A stretch of DNA of 64,000 nucleotides from an uncultured Spirochaetaceae bacterium (GCA_964435795.1 CAYTAT010000004.1:28955-92954); one strand, 5' to 3'; shown: positions 35,618 to 44,582, counted from the stretch's first letter. The notes: generated from the sequence alone by a model not told the origin. Translations and numbers: made by a program.

Positions 35618-36850
35618 TCACGAATCGTCGGGTGTTTCGGAGCCCGTTGCAGGCATCGCGGGGGGGGCGGATTGGGAGATCTGCCTGCGCCGGAGCAGGC
35701 CCTCGACGTAGAATGAAACGATATCGATCGAGCCGTCTCCGTCGGTATCCTCTTCTCGTCGTATCAGCAGGGTCCGGTCGCCCTCACTCCCGAAGCTTTC
35801 GAAGATATCCGCGAAACCCCGCCCCCGGCTGTCCCGATCGATTCCCACGATCCGCTCGGCTTCATTCTCGACCGAGTAGCGGGTCCAGATATCCATGCGC
35901 CCGTCCCGATCCACGTCTTCTTCGGATCGCAGGCGCATGCGATTCTCGTAAGCGATGACCAGATCCATCACCCCGTCATTATTCGCATCGTGTCTTTCTT
36001 CGATCAGCGAATCGCCCCGATATCGGTAGAGCACGTCGCGGACCCCGTCATCATCGCGGTCGAGTTCGCGCAGGGCGATACGCCCGTTTCGGAAGTTCTC
36101 GAATACGTCTGGATTGCCATCGTCGTTCTCATCCAGGATTCGGGTGCTGAGAGCGTGGTTTCGGAAATCGCTCCAGGCATCGATCAGGCCATCGTAGTTT
36201 CGATCCTCCTCCTGTCTCAGCAGCTCGAGGGTTTCGCGATCGAGAAAACGGATCAACTCCGCCTTTCCATCCCCATCGGCGTCGAGGCTGAGGCGAGTTA
36301 CGGGGATGGAGCGAGGGCCGTTGCCCCGATCCATTCGGATTGTTTCATCGTGGTGATCGAAGATCTCCGGCGGAAGTTCGCGAAAGGCTGGCTCCAGGTC
36401 TGCGACTCTCGGGTCGAGATCGCCGCCCAAAGCTGATTCCTCAGGTGGCCGCGGTCCGCGAGGCGAGTCCCCCGGAACGGCCGTTGGTGACTCGAAGCCC
36501 GCTTCACGCAATAGCGCTTGCTGTAGAGCCTGCTGTTCGGAAATGACCCGGTTCAACTCCGTCGAGGCCTGATCCTCCCGCTCGAGATTCTCGAGCAGGA
36601 GGGCCTCGGCTCGCTCCTCCCTGGCTCTCTGTTCCCGCTCGCGCTCGGCGGCTCTTCGCTCGCGCGAATCGCGGTCGCGTTTGGCCGAGCGCGCCGCTTT
36701 GCCCATGAGTTCCTGCTGGATTTCTTCGCCCTCGAGGGCGGATCCAGCCCGCCCATCGGCTCGCGATGAAGCAGGGGGTGCCTGCCCCCCGGACGGATCG
36801 GCTAGCAGCAGCATGCCCAGGACGGGGACGAGCGTCGTCAGGCTCCTCAT
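35618..36850 (-). CDS. Secreted protein with a charged coiled-coil region and 8 DxDxDG-type (EF-hand/calcium-binding-like) repeats
   Basis: Signal MRSLTTLVPVLGMLLLA, then an RE-rich segment. The repeats are DADGDGKAE, DRNYDGLID, DENDDGNPD, DRDDDGVRD, DANNDGVMD, DVDRDGRMD, DRDSRGRGF and DTDGDGSID, at roughly 30-40 aa spacing. Confidence 0.65.
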   Translation of the reverse strand: MRSLTTLVPVLGMLLLADPSGGQAPPASSRADGRAGSALEGEEIQQELMGKAARSAKRDRDSRERRAAEREREQRAREERAEALLLENLEREDQASTELNRVISEQQALQQALLREAGFESPTAVPGDSPRGPRPPEESALGGDLDPRVADLEPAFRELPPEIFDHHDETIRMDRGNGPRSIPVTRLSLDADGDGKAELIRFLDRETLELLRQEEDRNYDGLIDAWSDFRNHALSTRILDENDDGNPDVFENFRNGRIALRELDRDDDGVRDVLYRYRGDSLIEERHDANNDGVMDLVIAYENRMRLRSEEDVDRDGRMDIWTRYSVENEAERIVGIDRDSRGRGFADIFESFGSEGDRTLLIRREEDTDGDGSIDIVSFYVEGLLRRRQISQSAPPAMPATGSETPDDS

Positions 36851-36940
36851 GGCACCACGATCTCGCGAGTCCGGGAATGCATAGCGTTCAGGTTGTCACA
36901 GCCAGGGAATTCGTAAAGAGCGACCGCGCATGGGGATGGA

Positions 36941-36964
36941 CCCCCCCCCGGGGGTGGGGGGGGG
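36941..36964. repeat. Adjacent complementary homopolymers C9-G5-T-G9
   Basis: Read directly: ccccccccc ggggg t ggggggggg, about 90 nt upstream of the 36850 start on the minus strand. Confidence 0.9.
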
Positions 36965-37213
36965 CCGCACGGAACTCGCTCAGAAGCCCTTGGAGGCAGC
37001 CTTGGTGCGCGAGTCGTGATTTCCCCATCCCTTCGCGGCTTGTGGCGGTGCGGCCCCCGTGTTCGACGCGATGCGGCAAGAACTCTGGGGCCCCGCCCTG
37101 CGCTTGCTCGATTGGCCAATCAATCGGCGGCCGCCTCCCCTGTCTCTGCCCATGAGCCGGCCCATGAGCTGCGGCTGCGAAGCCGAAGACTACCCTCGGG
37201 GTCAATAAAGTCA

Positions 37214-37241
37214 CTGAATTTACCCGCTATGAGGGTATAAT
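37214..37241 (+). promoter_or_regulatory. Promoter-like CTGAAT-N16-TATAAT
   Basis: A perfect TATAAT at 37236-37241 sits in an AT-richer stretch about 220 nt upstream of the patatin start. The -35 element is weak. Confidence 0.25.
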
Positions 37242-37461
37242 ATGACGCGCCGCATCGTAGGCTCCGGGGGGGGCAGATGCGCTGCCGGCCCTGCTTTTCG
37301 AGGTGCCGTGGCAAAGTGCCGTGGGTGGGAAACTGTTCTGGACGAGGTGGCATGGCTGATGATGAAGCGAAGAGGAGAGCCCAAGCGGCGGATCTTCCCC
37401 TGTCGGGGGGGGATCGCTCGCGCATCGATGGGCCCTCGGGGGGGCGCGTGAGGAACTTTTC

Positions 37462-38820
37462 TTGGGATTGACGCTGATCAGCAAGAGTGAGGGGCGGCCC
37501 CCGAAGAAGAATCCCCGCATCGCCTTGGTGCTGGCGGGTGGAGCCATGACCGGCGGCGCCTTCAAGGTCGGTGGCGTGAAGGCGCTCAACGATTATCTCG
37601 TGGGACGTGGGCTCTGCGATCTCGATACCTATGTCGGCCTGTCGGCGGGTTCGATTCTGGCCGTGCCCTTCGCGGGGGGGATAGAGCCCGATGAGATGAT
37701 CCGGGTCCTCGACGGCGAGAGCGAGAAATTCGATCAACTGCGGCCCTTTGATTTCTATCGACCGAATACCAGGGAGTTCCTGGAGCGCCCCCTGAACATG
37801 CTCTACGACTTCATGTCGTACCTGCCCGGTGTGAGTCAGGAATTTCTCCAGGGTCTACCCGGGCTCCCGGAGTCCGCGGGAGAGGAATTTCGAGCCTTCA
37901 TCCGGGAGCCGAACTACGGCCGCTTCGAGTCCCTGGTGACACGGATGATCGAACACACTTCTCCGAGCCGCCGACAGCCCTCGGTCACGGATTATATTCC
38001 CACCGGCATCTTCGATAATTCCTCGATCGAGAACTGGTTTCGCCGCAACCTGGACCGCCTTTCGATGCCGAACGACTTCGCGGCCTTCTCCCGAACGCGT
38101 CAGGTGGATCTCTACCTGACGGCCTGCGATCTCGATACCGCGGAGCGGGTCGTCTTCGGCGCCGGAGAGGTCGAGGAATTGACCATCGCCCAGGCGATTC
38201 AAGCATCCACGGCCCTACCGGTCTTCTACAAACCCGCCCGGTTGAATGGGATCGACTACGTGGATGGGGGGGTTCGCCATACGGCCAATATCGACGTGGC
38301 CATCGAGAAGGGATCCGATCTGATCATCTGTTACAACCCCTTCCGCCCCTTCCTGAACCGGGTCGACCCGGACATCGTCGATCCAGCACATTTCGCGGAG
38401 GGTCGTTACCTCTCGGATCGGGGCATGAAACTCGTCATCAACCAGGTCTTCCGAACGCTGCTGCACTCTCGACTCGAACTCGGTCTCCAGCGCTATGCGG
38501 CGGATCGGAAATTCCGTGGGGACATCGTATTGCTCGAGCCCCAGGAGCGCGACGCGGATTTCTTCGCCCTGAACCCCCTGGCCTTCTGGCACCGATCGGA
38601 GGCGCTGCAACACGGCTTTCAGTCCGTTCGGGGAACCGTCGAAAGAAATTTTGACCTGCTCGAGCCCGTGCTGGCCCGCTACGGACTCGAAATGAGCCGC
38701 GAAACGGCACGCCTGCGGGCCGAAGAGCTGTGCGCCGAGCGCGGCTGGGCGCCGGAGCCCAAGCCCGGGGATTCCCGCGGATCCACCAGCCACCTGCGGG
38801 TGATCGGGGAGCACGGCTGA
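37462..38820 (+). CDS. Patatin-like phospholipase
   Basis: LVLAGGAMTGGAFKVGG (oxyanion Gly-rich), GLSAGS (GxSxG), VDGGV (catalytic Asp). TTG start. Confidence 0.85.
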   Translation: MGLTLISKSEGRPPKKNPRIALVLAGGAMTGGAFKVGGVKALNDYLVGRGLCDLDTYVGLSAGSILAVPFAGGIEPDEMIRVLDGESEKFDQLRPFDFYRPNTREFLERPLNMLYDFMSYLPGVSQEFLQGLPGLPESAGEEFRAFIREPNYGRFESLVTRMIEHTSPSRRQPSVTDYIPTGIFDNSSIENWFRRNLDRLSMPNDFAAFSRTRQVDLYLTACDLDTAERVVFGAGEVEELTIAQAIQASTALPVFYKPARLNGIDYVDGGVRHTANIDVAIEKGSDLIICYNPFRPFLNRVDPDIVDPAHFAEGRYLSDRGMKLVINQVFRTLLHSRLELGLQRYAADRKFRGDIVLLEPQERDADFFALNPLAFWHRSEALQHGFQSVRGTVERNFDLLEPVLARYGLEMSRETARLRAEELCAERGWAPEPKPGDSRGSTSHLRVIGEHG

Positions 38821-39180
38821 GGGAAAGGCAGCCTTTCGGGAGCGCGGAGGCCTTTATCGCCTGGCGACCGGCCCTCGCCGATGAACGCTGGGCCTCCGGC
38901 GCGTGATCCAGGCGGGGGGCAAGGTTTGCAGATTTGCGGATCGGTCGGAAATTCAGTATGTTAGAGCATCGATCGCGTTCAATCCGAGCAGTCTATCCGG
39001 ACAACTTTCTCGCAACCCGCAAGCGATGAGCAGTTGAGGGCCAGAGCTGAAGCAAGGCTTTTGACTTGGATTTGAAAATACGACGTGGTTTCCAAGTCGG
39101 GAGTGGCCTTTCGCATGGATCCCGAGAGGGGGCAAAGGGCCGGATTTTGCGGATCGCGGATTGCGGGAGACGGGCACCGT

Positions 39181-39218
39181 GGCCGAATGGCCGAATGAAT
39201 GGCCGAATGGATCGAATG
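39181..39218. repeat. Degenerate short tandem repeat, core CGAATGG x4
   Basis: GGCCGAATG GCCGAATG AAT GGCCGAATG GATCGAATG, read directly. Intergenic, about 95 nt upstream of the NRDE gene. Confidence 0.85.
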
Positions 39219-39310
39219 GCGCGGAGGAAACTGGCGGGTGGTCTGGAACGTCCATCGGGAGGTGGGTTGGCGGTAAACGGGTCGGAAGCAGGTAGTCGGT
39301 CGCCTATTCA

Positions 39311-40144
39311 GTGTGCACTCTAGTTGCGATTCATCGGGTGGTTCCCGGGCGCTGGCTGGTAGTGGCTGCCAATCGGGATGAATTTCTGGATCGGCCCTCC
39401 GAGGGTCCGAAACTTTGGCGGGGAGATCTGGGGCGAGGCGGGCCGCTGGTGGCCCCCACGGATATTCGAGCCGGAGGAACCTGGCTCGGCGTGAATCGAC
39501 ACGGGGTCTTTTCGGCGTTGACGAATCTGCGCAGTGCGACCCGAGATCAAGGACGCATTTCGCGCGGCAAGGTCGTGGTCGATAGCTTGCGGGTTGAAAG
39601 TGCAGTGGAGGCGGCAGCGGTTTTGGAATCTCTACCGGCGGGTAGCCACAACCCTTTCAATTTTTTCGTAGCGGATCAGGAGCATGCCTTTCTCGCCGTC
39701 TACGACGAGGAAATCAAGCTGCGGAAACTCAATCCCGGCGTATACGTGATCGGAAACGGCAATCCGCTCGAAACTCCGGAGCCCGGTCTCATGCGCTTGC
39801 AGAGTCGGGTCGATAGCGTGGTAGCGGGACAGAAGGAAGATCTTATCGAGACGTTGGCGGCTTTCTGCAGGGAGCATACAAACGGAGGCGGATCCCTCGA
39901 AGATCTGTGTGTTCATATGGGTGATCGTTACGGGACACGCAGCTCGATTTTGCTCGAGCTGAATGAGTTTGTGGAAAGGGAGGCAGAAGAGGTCAGAAGG
40001 ACGGGGGGGGGTTCCATTCGGAAGGGTAGCCGGCTGCTTTATGCGGACGGACCTCCCTGCCAGGCACCCTACGAGGATCGATCTTTCCTGCTGGACGAGT
40101 TGAGGCGGACGCCCGGCTACGAATCAGCAGAAATTCGAAGATGA
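39311..40144 (+). CDS. NRDE-family (TANGO2/DUF833-like) protein
   Basis: MCTLVAIHRVVPGRWLVVAANRDEFLDRP...GGTWLGVNRHGVFSALTN. GTG start. Confidence 0.8.
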   Translation: MCTLVAIHRVVPGRWLVVAANRDEFLDRPSEGPKLWRGDLGRGGPLVAPTDIRAGGTWLGVNRHGVFSALTNLRSATRDQGRISRGKVVVDSLRVESAVEAAAVLESLPAGSHNPFNFFVADQEHAFLAVYDEEIKLRKLNPGVYVIGNGNPLETPEPGLMRLQSRVDSVVAGQKEDLIETLAAFCREHTNGGGSLEDLCVHMGDRYGTRSSILLELNEFVEREAEEVRRTGGGSIRKGSRLLYADGPPCQAPYEDRSFLLDELRRTPGYESAEIRR

Positions 40145-40154
40145 GGAAGATGAA

Positions 40155-40481
40155 TTGAGACGAATTGGCAGCAATATCCGAAAGAAGAACTCAGAAGAGC
40201 GGTCTCATAGGCTGACGCAGAATATCATCGAATATTCGACAGATGAAGCGCCCAAGAATGACTATCCCCGGCGTATCGTATCGCCGCCGCGTCCCAAGGG
40301 CTGTTGCACGGATGACAATCGACTCAGTGTTGGCAGCGTCCGGGAAGTGGAGGGCTTCAAATTCTGTTACAAGGTCTGCCAGGAATGTGGTCATGCGGTC
40401 AAATATTTTTTCCCAGCGATTGAGACGACGAGCCAGGCTGTCAAGAAGTACCGCGATAGCCAGCGCTACCTGGTCCAATAA
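40155..40481 (+). CDS. Small Cys-rich hypothetical protein (possible zinc-binding)
   Basis: TTG start 10 nt after the NRDE stop, with GAGGAAG upstream. Contains GCCTDDN...FKFCYKVCQECGH. Sits in a markedly AT-rich stretch (40141-40200 is 25/60 G+C by my count). No family recognised. Confidence 0.45.
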   Translation: MRRIGSNIRKKNSEERSHRLTQNIIEYSTDEAPKNDYPRRIVSPPRPKGCCTDDNRLSVGSVREVEGFKFCYKVCQECGHAVKYFFPAIETTSQAVKKYRDSQRYLVQ

Positions 40482-40614
40482 GATCGCGCAGAGGAAGGTT
40501 CCGATGGGGGCGGGCCGCCGAGCTCGCCCTCTCTCGTTTTTGTGGGCGTGGCCCGGCATCCGGTTTGGGATCACCGTGGATCCGGGGCGCCGCGGAAGCA
40601 GGACGGGATGAGGT

Positions 40615-42027
40615 TTGAGCGTGGCCGGCGTTGAGCGAATCCGAACCGCAGAACATGCGGGGGCCTGGCTCGAAGGTCTGATCAATTTCGAACGTCAGCC
40701 CGGATTCAGTTATGCGCGCCTGGGGCTGGAGGCGATCGAGAGACTTCTCGCCCGGCTCGATCATCCCGAGCGAGAATTGTCGATCATCCACGTGGCGGGC
40801 TCGAAGGGGAAGGGATCCACCTGCCTGCTGGCGGAAGCGATACTTCAGGCCGCTGGAGAACGAACGGGGACTTTTACCTCCCCCCATCTGGAGCGCTGGA
40901 GCGAGCGCTTTCGGATCGATGGCCGGGAGGTGGCTGATGCCGCGCTCGCGGAAGTCGTGGAGGAGGTGCGGCCGCAAGTCGAGGCCCTGCAACGAGAGGA
41001 TCCCTCGAATGCCCCAACTTTCTTCGATGCGACGACGGCGGTGGCCCTGCTTCTCTTCGCCCGGCAGAGAGTTTCACACGTGCTCCTCGAAGTCGGGTTG
41101 GGGGGCCGCCTGGATTCGACCAACGCCGTTTCGCCCCGGATGACCTGCATCAGCCAGATCGAACTCGAGCATACGGATAAATTGGGTGGGACCCTCGAGG
41201 AAGTCGCCGCAGAAAAAGCGGGCATCCTGAAACCTCGGATCGGCTGCGTGGCGGGCCGGCTTCCCCCGGAGGCCGAATCCGTCGTGGTACGAAGAGCCCG
41301 AGAGTTGGAGGTTCCGCTCGCCAGGCTCGGGGCGGAATTCCACGCCGAAGCTCTCGAAGCCGGCGATTGGGCCGATCATTCGATCGCGTCCACATCGCGC
41401 CAGGCTCTTCTCTACCGGGAAGCAGGGGGCTACCAACTCGGAGTGGGGCTAGGCGTTCTGGGATCTCATCAACTCGATAACGCCGCTCTCGCGATGGCGG
41501 CGATCCGGCGGGCCGACATCATTCCCGCGGAGCGTTTCGAGCCCGCGGCTCGTCGAGGGCTGGCCGCCGCCAGGCTGCCGGGTCGCCTGGAATGGCTCTC
41601 GGATCGGCCCGGGGTGTTGGTGGATTCGGCTCATACCCCGGCTTCGGCCAGGGGGCTGCGGCGAGTGCTGGAGCAATGGTCCGACCGAGCCCTGCGCGTC
41701 CTGCTCTCCATCTCCAGCGACAAGGATGCCGAAGGCATTCTCATACCCCTATGCACCGACGCCGAGACGATCTGGCTGACTCGAGCCGAAGCGATTCGTT
41801 CCCACCCACCCGAAGCGCTCGTGGGCCTGTGTCGGCGAATCGCCCCCCGGGCCGATATTCGGGTGATTGACGATCCGGTCTCCGCGGTTCGCTCGGCGCG
41901 CAATGCCCTGGGGCCGGATGACCTTCTATGTTGTGCGGGTTCCGTCTACCTGGCGGGGATTGCTCGCCGCCTGCTGCTCTCAAAGCCCGCGGCTGCGGCC
42001 CGTTCCGATCATATCCCCGCGCATTGA
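40615..42027 (+). CDS. folC: Folylpolyglutamate synthase / dihydrofolate synthase
   Basis: IHVAGSKGKGST P-loop, Mur-ligase-type middle and C-terminal domains (LLEVGLGGRLDSTN, DSAHTPASA). Confidence 0.85.
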   Translation: MSVAGVERIRTAEHAGAWLEGLINFERQPGFSYARLGLEAIERLLARLDHPERELSIIHVAGSKGKGSTCLLAEAILQAAGERTGTFTSPHLERWSERFRIDGREVADAALAEVVEEVRPQVEALQREDPSNAPTFFDATTAVALLLFARQRVSHVLLEVGLGGRLDSTNAVSPRMTCISQIELEHTDKLGGTLEEVAAEKAGILKPRIGCVAGRLPPEAESVVVRRARELEVPLARLGAEFHAEALEAGDWADHSIASTSRQALLYREAGGYQLGVGLGVLGSHQLDNAALAMAAIRRADIIPAERFEPAARRGLAAARLPGRLEWLSDRPGVLVDSAHTPASARGLRRVLEQWSDRALRVLLSISSDKDAEGILIPLCTDAETIWLTRAEAIRSHPPEALVGLCRRIAPRADIRVIDDPVSAVRSARNALGPDDLLCCAGSVYLAGIARRLLLSKPAAAARSDHIPAH

Positions 42028-42124
42028 AACCGATCGCCCGAAAGCGAGGGGCCGCAGGTGAACTCGAAAACGGGGTCGCGTCGGCTCTCGCTTCCCCGGG
42101 GCCTGGCCCTGGTCTTTGGATGGA

Positions 42125-44146
42125 TTATTGCAGCGTTTCGAGTAGTGCCTGGCGCACGCCCTGGATGCTGATCTCGGTTCGAGTCGGCGCGGGACTGGGC
42201 CGATGGGTGTCGAGCCGGCGTGCCGCCGAGCGCAGATGGCGAGACGATCGGCGCAGACGCCCGAGGGTGATGTCCAGATTCGAGGGCCGGGCTCGCGCCA
42301 GCCATAACTTGCGCAAGCGCCTGCCGAGGCGAGTCTGCTCATCCGCCAATTCGATCAGCCGACGGCCGAGGCGTCTTCTCGCCCGCGCAGCGATCCCGCC
42401 GGGATCGCGCCTCCATGCCAGGTATTCGAGTCCCGCTTCGGCCTTGCGCACGGCGAAGAGAGAAGCGTCGAGGGCGTAGAGCATCTCGTCGAGGGCCAGG
42501 AGATTGCGGGCCGTTCCCTCCCTGGCCCGCAGGATCCGCGGGCGGAGCGCACTCAATCTCCGGGCGAGAACTCGCAGTCGACCCGGACGACATTTGGAGA
42601 CGAAGTAGGCGCTTTCCACGCTATCGAAGAAGAGAAATTGCAGGGGCGAGCCGTTGAAGACGCTGAATCCGGGATCGTGGATGGCGCCCAGGGCCCGGTA
42701 GAGTCCTGCCTGGGGCCCGCGCGGGTTGCCAAAAACGACGCGCGAGAAGGCGCGATCGAAATTTCGGGACTTGCCCCCGGACCATGACTCCTGTGCCCCC
42801 CACGCATATGCGAAGAGGGAATTGCCCTGGAGGTTGTAATGACCGTGGTCGCCCCAATCCGTGTTCAGAAGGCCGAGGGCTCCGTGGCGACGCCCCGCTT
42901 TTGCCCAGCGTGAAATATTCAGAAGACTGTTTTCGATGCGGGGGAAGAGCGAATTCCAACTCGAGGTGCCGGGGCAGACCATGAACTCGATCCCGTTCCG
43001 GGCAAAGTGCGCCACGCGATCGTATTCGAAGCCAGCTTCGTACCACCAGTCGAGAAGGATCAGGTTGCGGTCGATTTCCGGAATCCGATCGGCATGGGCG
43101 TGCACGACATCGCCCCAGATCATCATGCGTTTGCCATGAAGGCGCGCCAACTTCTGGAGGCGTCCGACGTGTTCGAGGTAGAGGCCACCCGGGCCCAATT
43201 CTGCGGCTCGTGCCTGGGAACGGCCCCGCCCCAGATCCCAGGGCTCGTCGCAATTGGCATTGAAATATTTCGAGTCGAAGAGCGGCAGATATTCATCATA
43301 GAGGTCGGAGAGGAGGGAATAAGTGGCCGGATCGGTGGGAGCGATCGTCCAGCCACTTTCACTTTCGGCCAGCTCGCGGTAGCGCGGGAGCTTCAGGATA
43401 TGCTCCATATGGCCGAGGGATTGCAGACATGGAATCAGATCGACACATCTCTGCTTCGCATAGAGGTTCAGGCCTCGAAGCATCTCCGCATCGAGAGGGC
43501 TGTCATGCCTGCCGATTTCCGGATGCTTCAGGAATCGGAAGGTATGTTCCGTGTAGAGCATCAGGAAATTCAGTTTGAAGGTCGCGCAATCGTCGATGAG
43601 CGCCTCGATGCTGGCCGGGGTGGGCACCTTGCCCCTGGAGATGTCGAGCATGATTCCACGCAGGGGCAGGTCGGGTCCATCGTCGATCCGGCAGTGGGGA
43701 ATCCGGCCTGCCGCCGTGATCAACTGGAGCAGGGTTTCCACGCCGTAGCGAAGGCCGCTCTCTCCCCCGGCCCAGATTCGGATCCCACTGTGCCCCGAAC
43801 TCAGCCGATAGGCATCCCGTCGGGCCAGGGGATGCGGATGGCCCCGGAAGGGCGTTTTGAGGGATGCGTCGATTCCCAATTCGATCAGGGTCCCGGAACT
43901 CCGGGTCGGCCCATCGGCAGCCAGATGGAGTTCGACGCCACAGGCCTGCTGGATCCCAGAGCGCAGGCGTTCGATCGTGATCGGAAGAGTGGGAAGGATG
44001 TCGGCCGCGCGCTTCTTTTCGCTTGCGATGCGTAGGGCGGACGGGATGCGCGACGTTCCCCCACGAAGTTGGATGCGTCGCGGCTCGGGAAGTAGGGGCG
44101 GAAGTGTGACCGAGGGCCTGGGCGAGCGCCGCTGGGTTGAGGGCAT
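42125..44146 (-). CDS. Glycoside hydrolase family 20-like (beta-N-acetylhexosaminidase) with a long Arg-rich C-terminal region
   Basis: LPLRGIMLDISRGKVPT...FKLNFLMLYTEHTFRF...FNANCDEPWDLG (D-E pair). Trimmed to ATG 44146. Confidence 0.75.
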   Translation of the reverse strand: MPSTQRRSPRPSVTLPPLLPEPRRIQLRGGTSRIPSALRIASEKKRAADILPTLPITIERLRSGIQQACGVELHLAADGPTRSSGTLIELGIDASLKTPFRGHPHPLARRDAYRLSSGHSGIRIWAGGESGLRYGVETLLQLITAAGRIPHCRIDDGPDLPLRGIMLDISRGKVPTPASIEALIDDCATFKLNFLMLYTEHTFRFLKHPEIGRHDSPLDAEMLRGLNLYAKQRCVDLIPCLQSLGHMEHILKLPRYRELAESESGWTIAPTDPATYSLLSDLYDEYLPLFDSKYFNANCDEPWDLGRGRSQARAAELGPGGLYLEHVGRLQKLARLHGKRMMIWGDVVHAHADRIPEIDRNLILLDWWYEAGFEYDRVAHFARNGIEFMVCPGTSSWNSLFPRIENSLLNISRWAKAGRRHGALGLLNTDWGDHGHYNLQGNSLFAYAWGAQESWSGGKSRNFDRAFSRVVFGNPRGPQAGLYRALGAIHDPGFSVFNGSPLQFLFFDSVESAYFVSKCRPGRLRVLARRLSALRPRILRAREGTARNLLALDEMLYALDASLFAVRKAEAGLEYLAWRRDPGGIAARARRRLGRRLIELADEQTRLGRRLRKLWLARARPSNLDITLGRLRRSSRHLRSAARRLDTHRPSPAPTRTEISIQGVRQALLETLQ

Positions 44147-44285
44147 GGACTCACTATAACGGGAACGGGGAATGCCGCCTGGGCGCACGCCGCCCCTTTC
44201 CCGCGCATCTCTCCGCCGGATCTCCGCCGGATCCAGGGGCGTTGGGGGGCGCGCGTTTTGGGGCTCGCGCGAAATCTCGGGCGCT

Positions 44286-44358
44286 GGAAAAAATGAGTGC
44301 GCCCGAACGAACTCCTTGCACGCCAGGGTGCCAAGGGAGGGGTAGCTCGTTCGGGCGC
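44286..44358 (-). terminator. Terminator-like structure: 12-bp stem (GCGCCCGAACGA/TCGTTCGGGCGC), 36-nt structured loop, then a T6 tract on the minus strand
   Basis: Arms at 44299-44310 and 44347-44358. A6 on the plus strand at 44288-44293 gives T6 five nt after the stem on the minus strand. It lies 225 nt downstream of the stop at 44583. The loop is atypically large. Confidence 0.35.
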
Positions 44359-44582
44359 CGGAACAATCTGTTTTCAGATCCGCCAAATCCGATAAGATCG
44401 CTTTTGCACCCGAGTAGAGCAAGCCTCGTGCCAACCGCTCTTCTTGAGGCTTTGAAAGCCTATCCCCCTAGAACTTCAAGAAGATTCGGGATTCGACGAT
44501 TGTCGACCGGAAAACGAGTGGCGGCTTTTCGGCAAGGGTCGCATCGGGAACGACACAAATTGCGGGCCGGTGACACAATTTG

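Noticed and set aside
36941-36964. G/C homopolymer runs as phase-variation switches in general. Examples: G9 at 40004-40012 in the NRDE gene, C10 at 54037-54046 in an SDR gene, G8 at about 56724-56731 in the enoyl-CoA hydratase gene, and a C9 run at about 59609-59617 in the GNAT gene.
   Set aside because: The runs occur repeatedly inside conserved ORFs, where they encode Gly or Pro stretches in frame. They look like a compositional habit of this genome rather than dedicated switches. Only the two in potentially regulatory positions are listed as low-interest findings.
38821-39310. Search of the large intergenic gaps (14.8-15.4, 32.4-32.9, 36.9-37.5, 38.8-39.3, 44.1-44.6, 60.9-61.7 kb) for known RNAs: tRNA, SRP RNA, RNase P, tmRNA, B12/TPP/SAM riboswitch cores.
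   Set aside because: I found none of the conserved core strings I could recall, such as the SRP GGAAGCAGCC region, the RNase P GAGGAAAGUCC, the tmRNA termini or a B12 box. A covariance-model scan is needed for a real answer.
43007-44035. 342-aa plus-strand ORF inside the GH20 gene. The same reasoning applies to 46487-47737 (-), 51589-52863 (-), 52251-53300 (+), 10259-11383 (-) and 1714-2562 (-).
   Set aside because: All lie antisense or out of frame to genes with strong family motifs. None shows a motif of its own.
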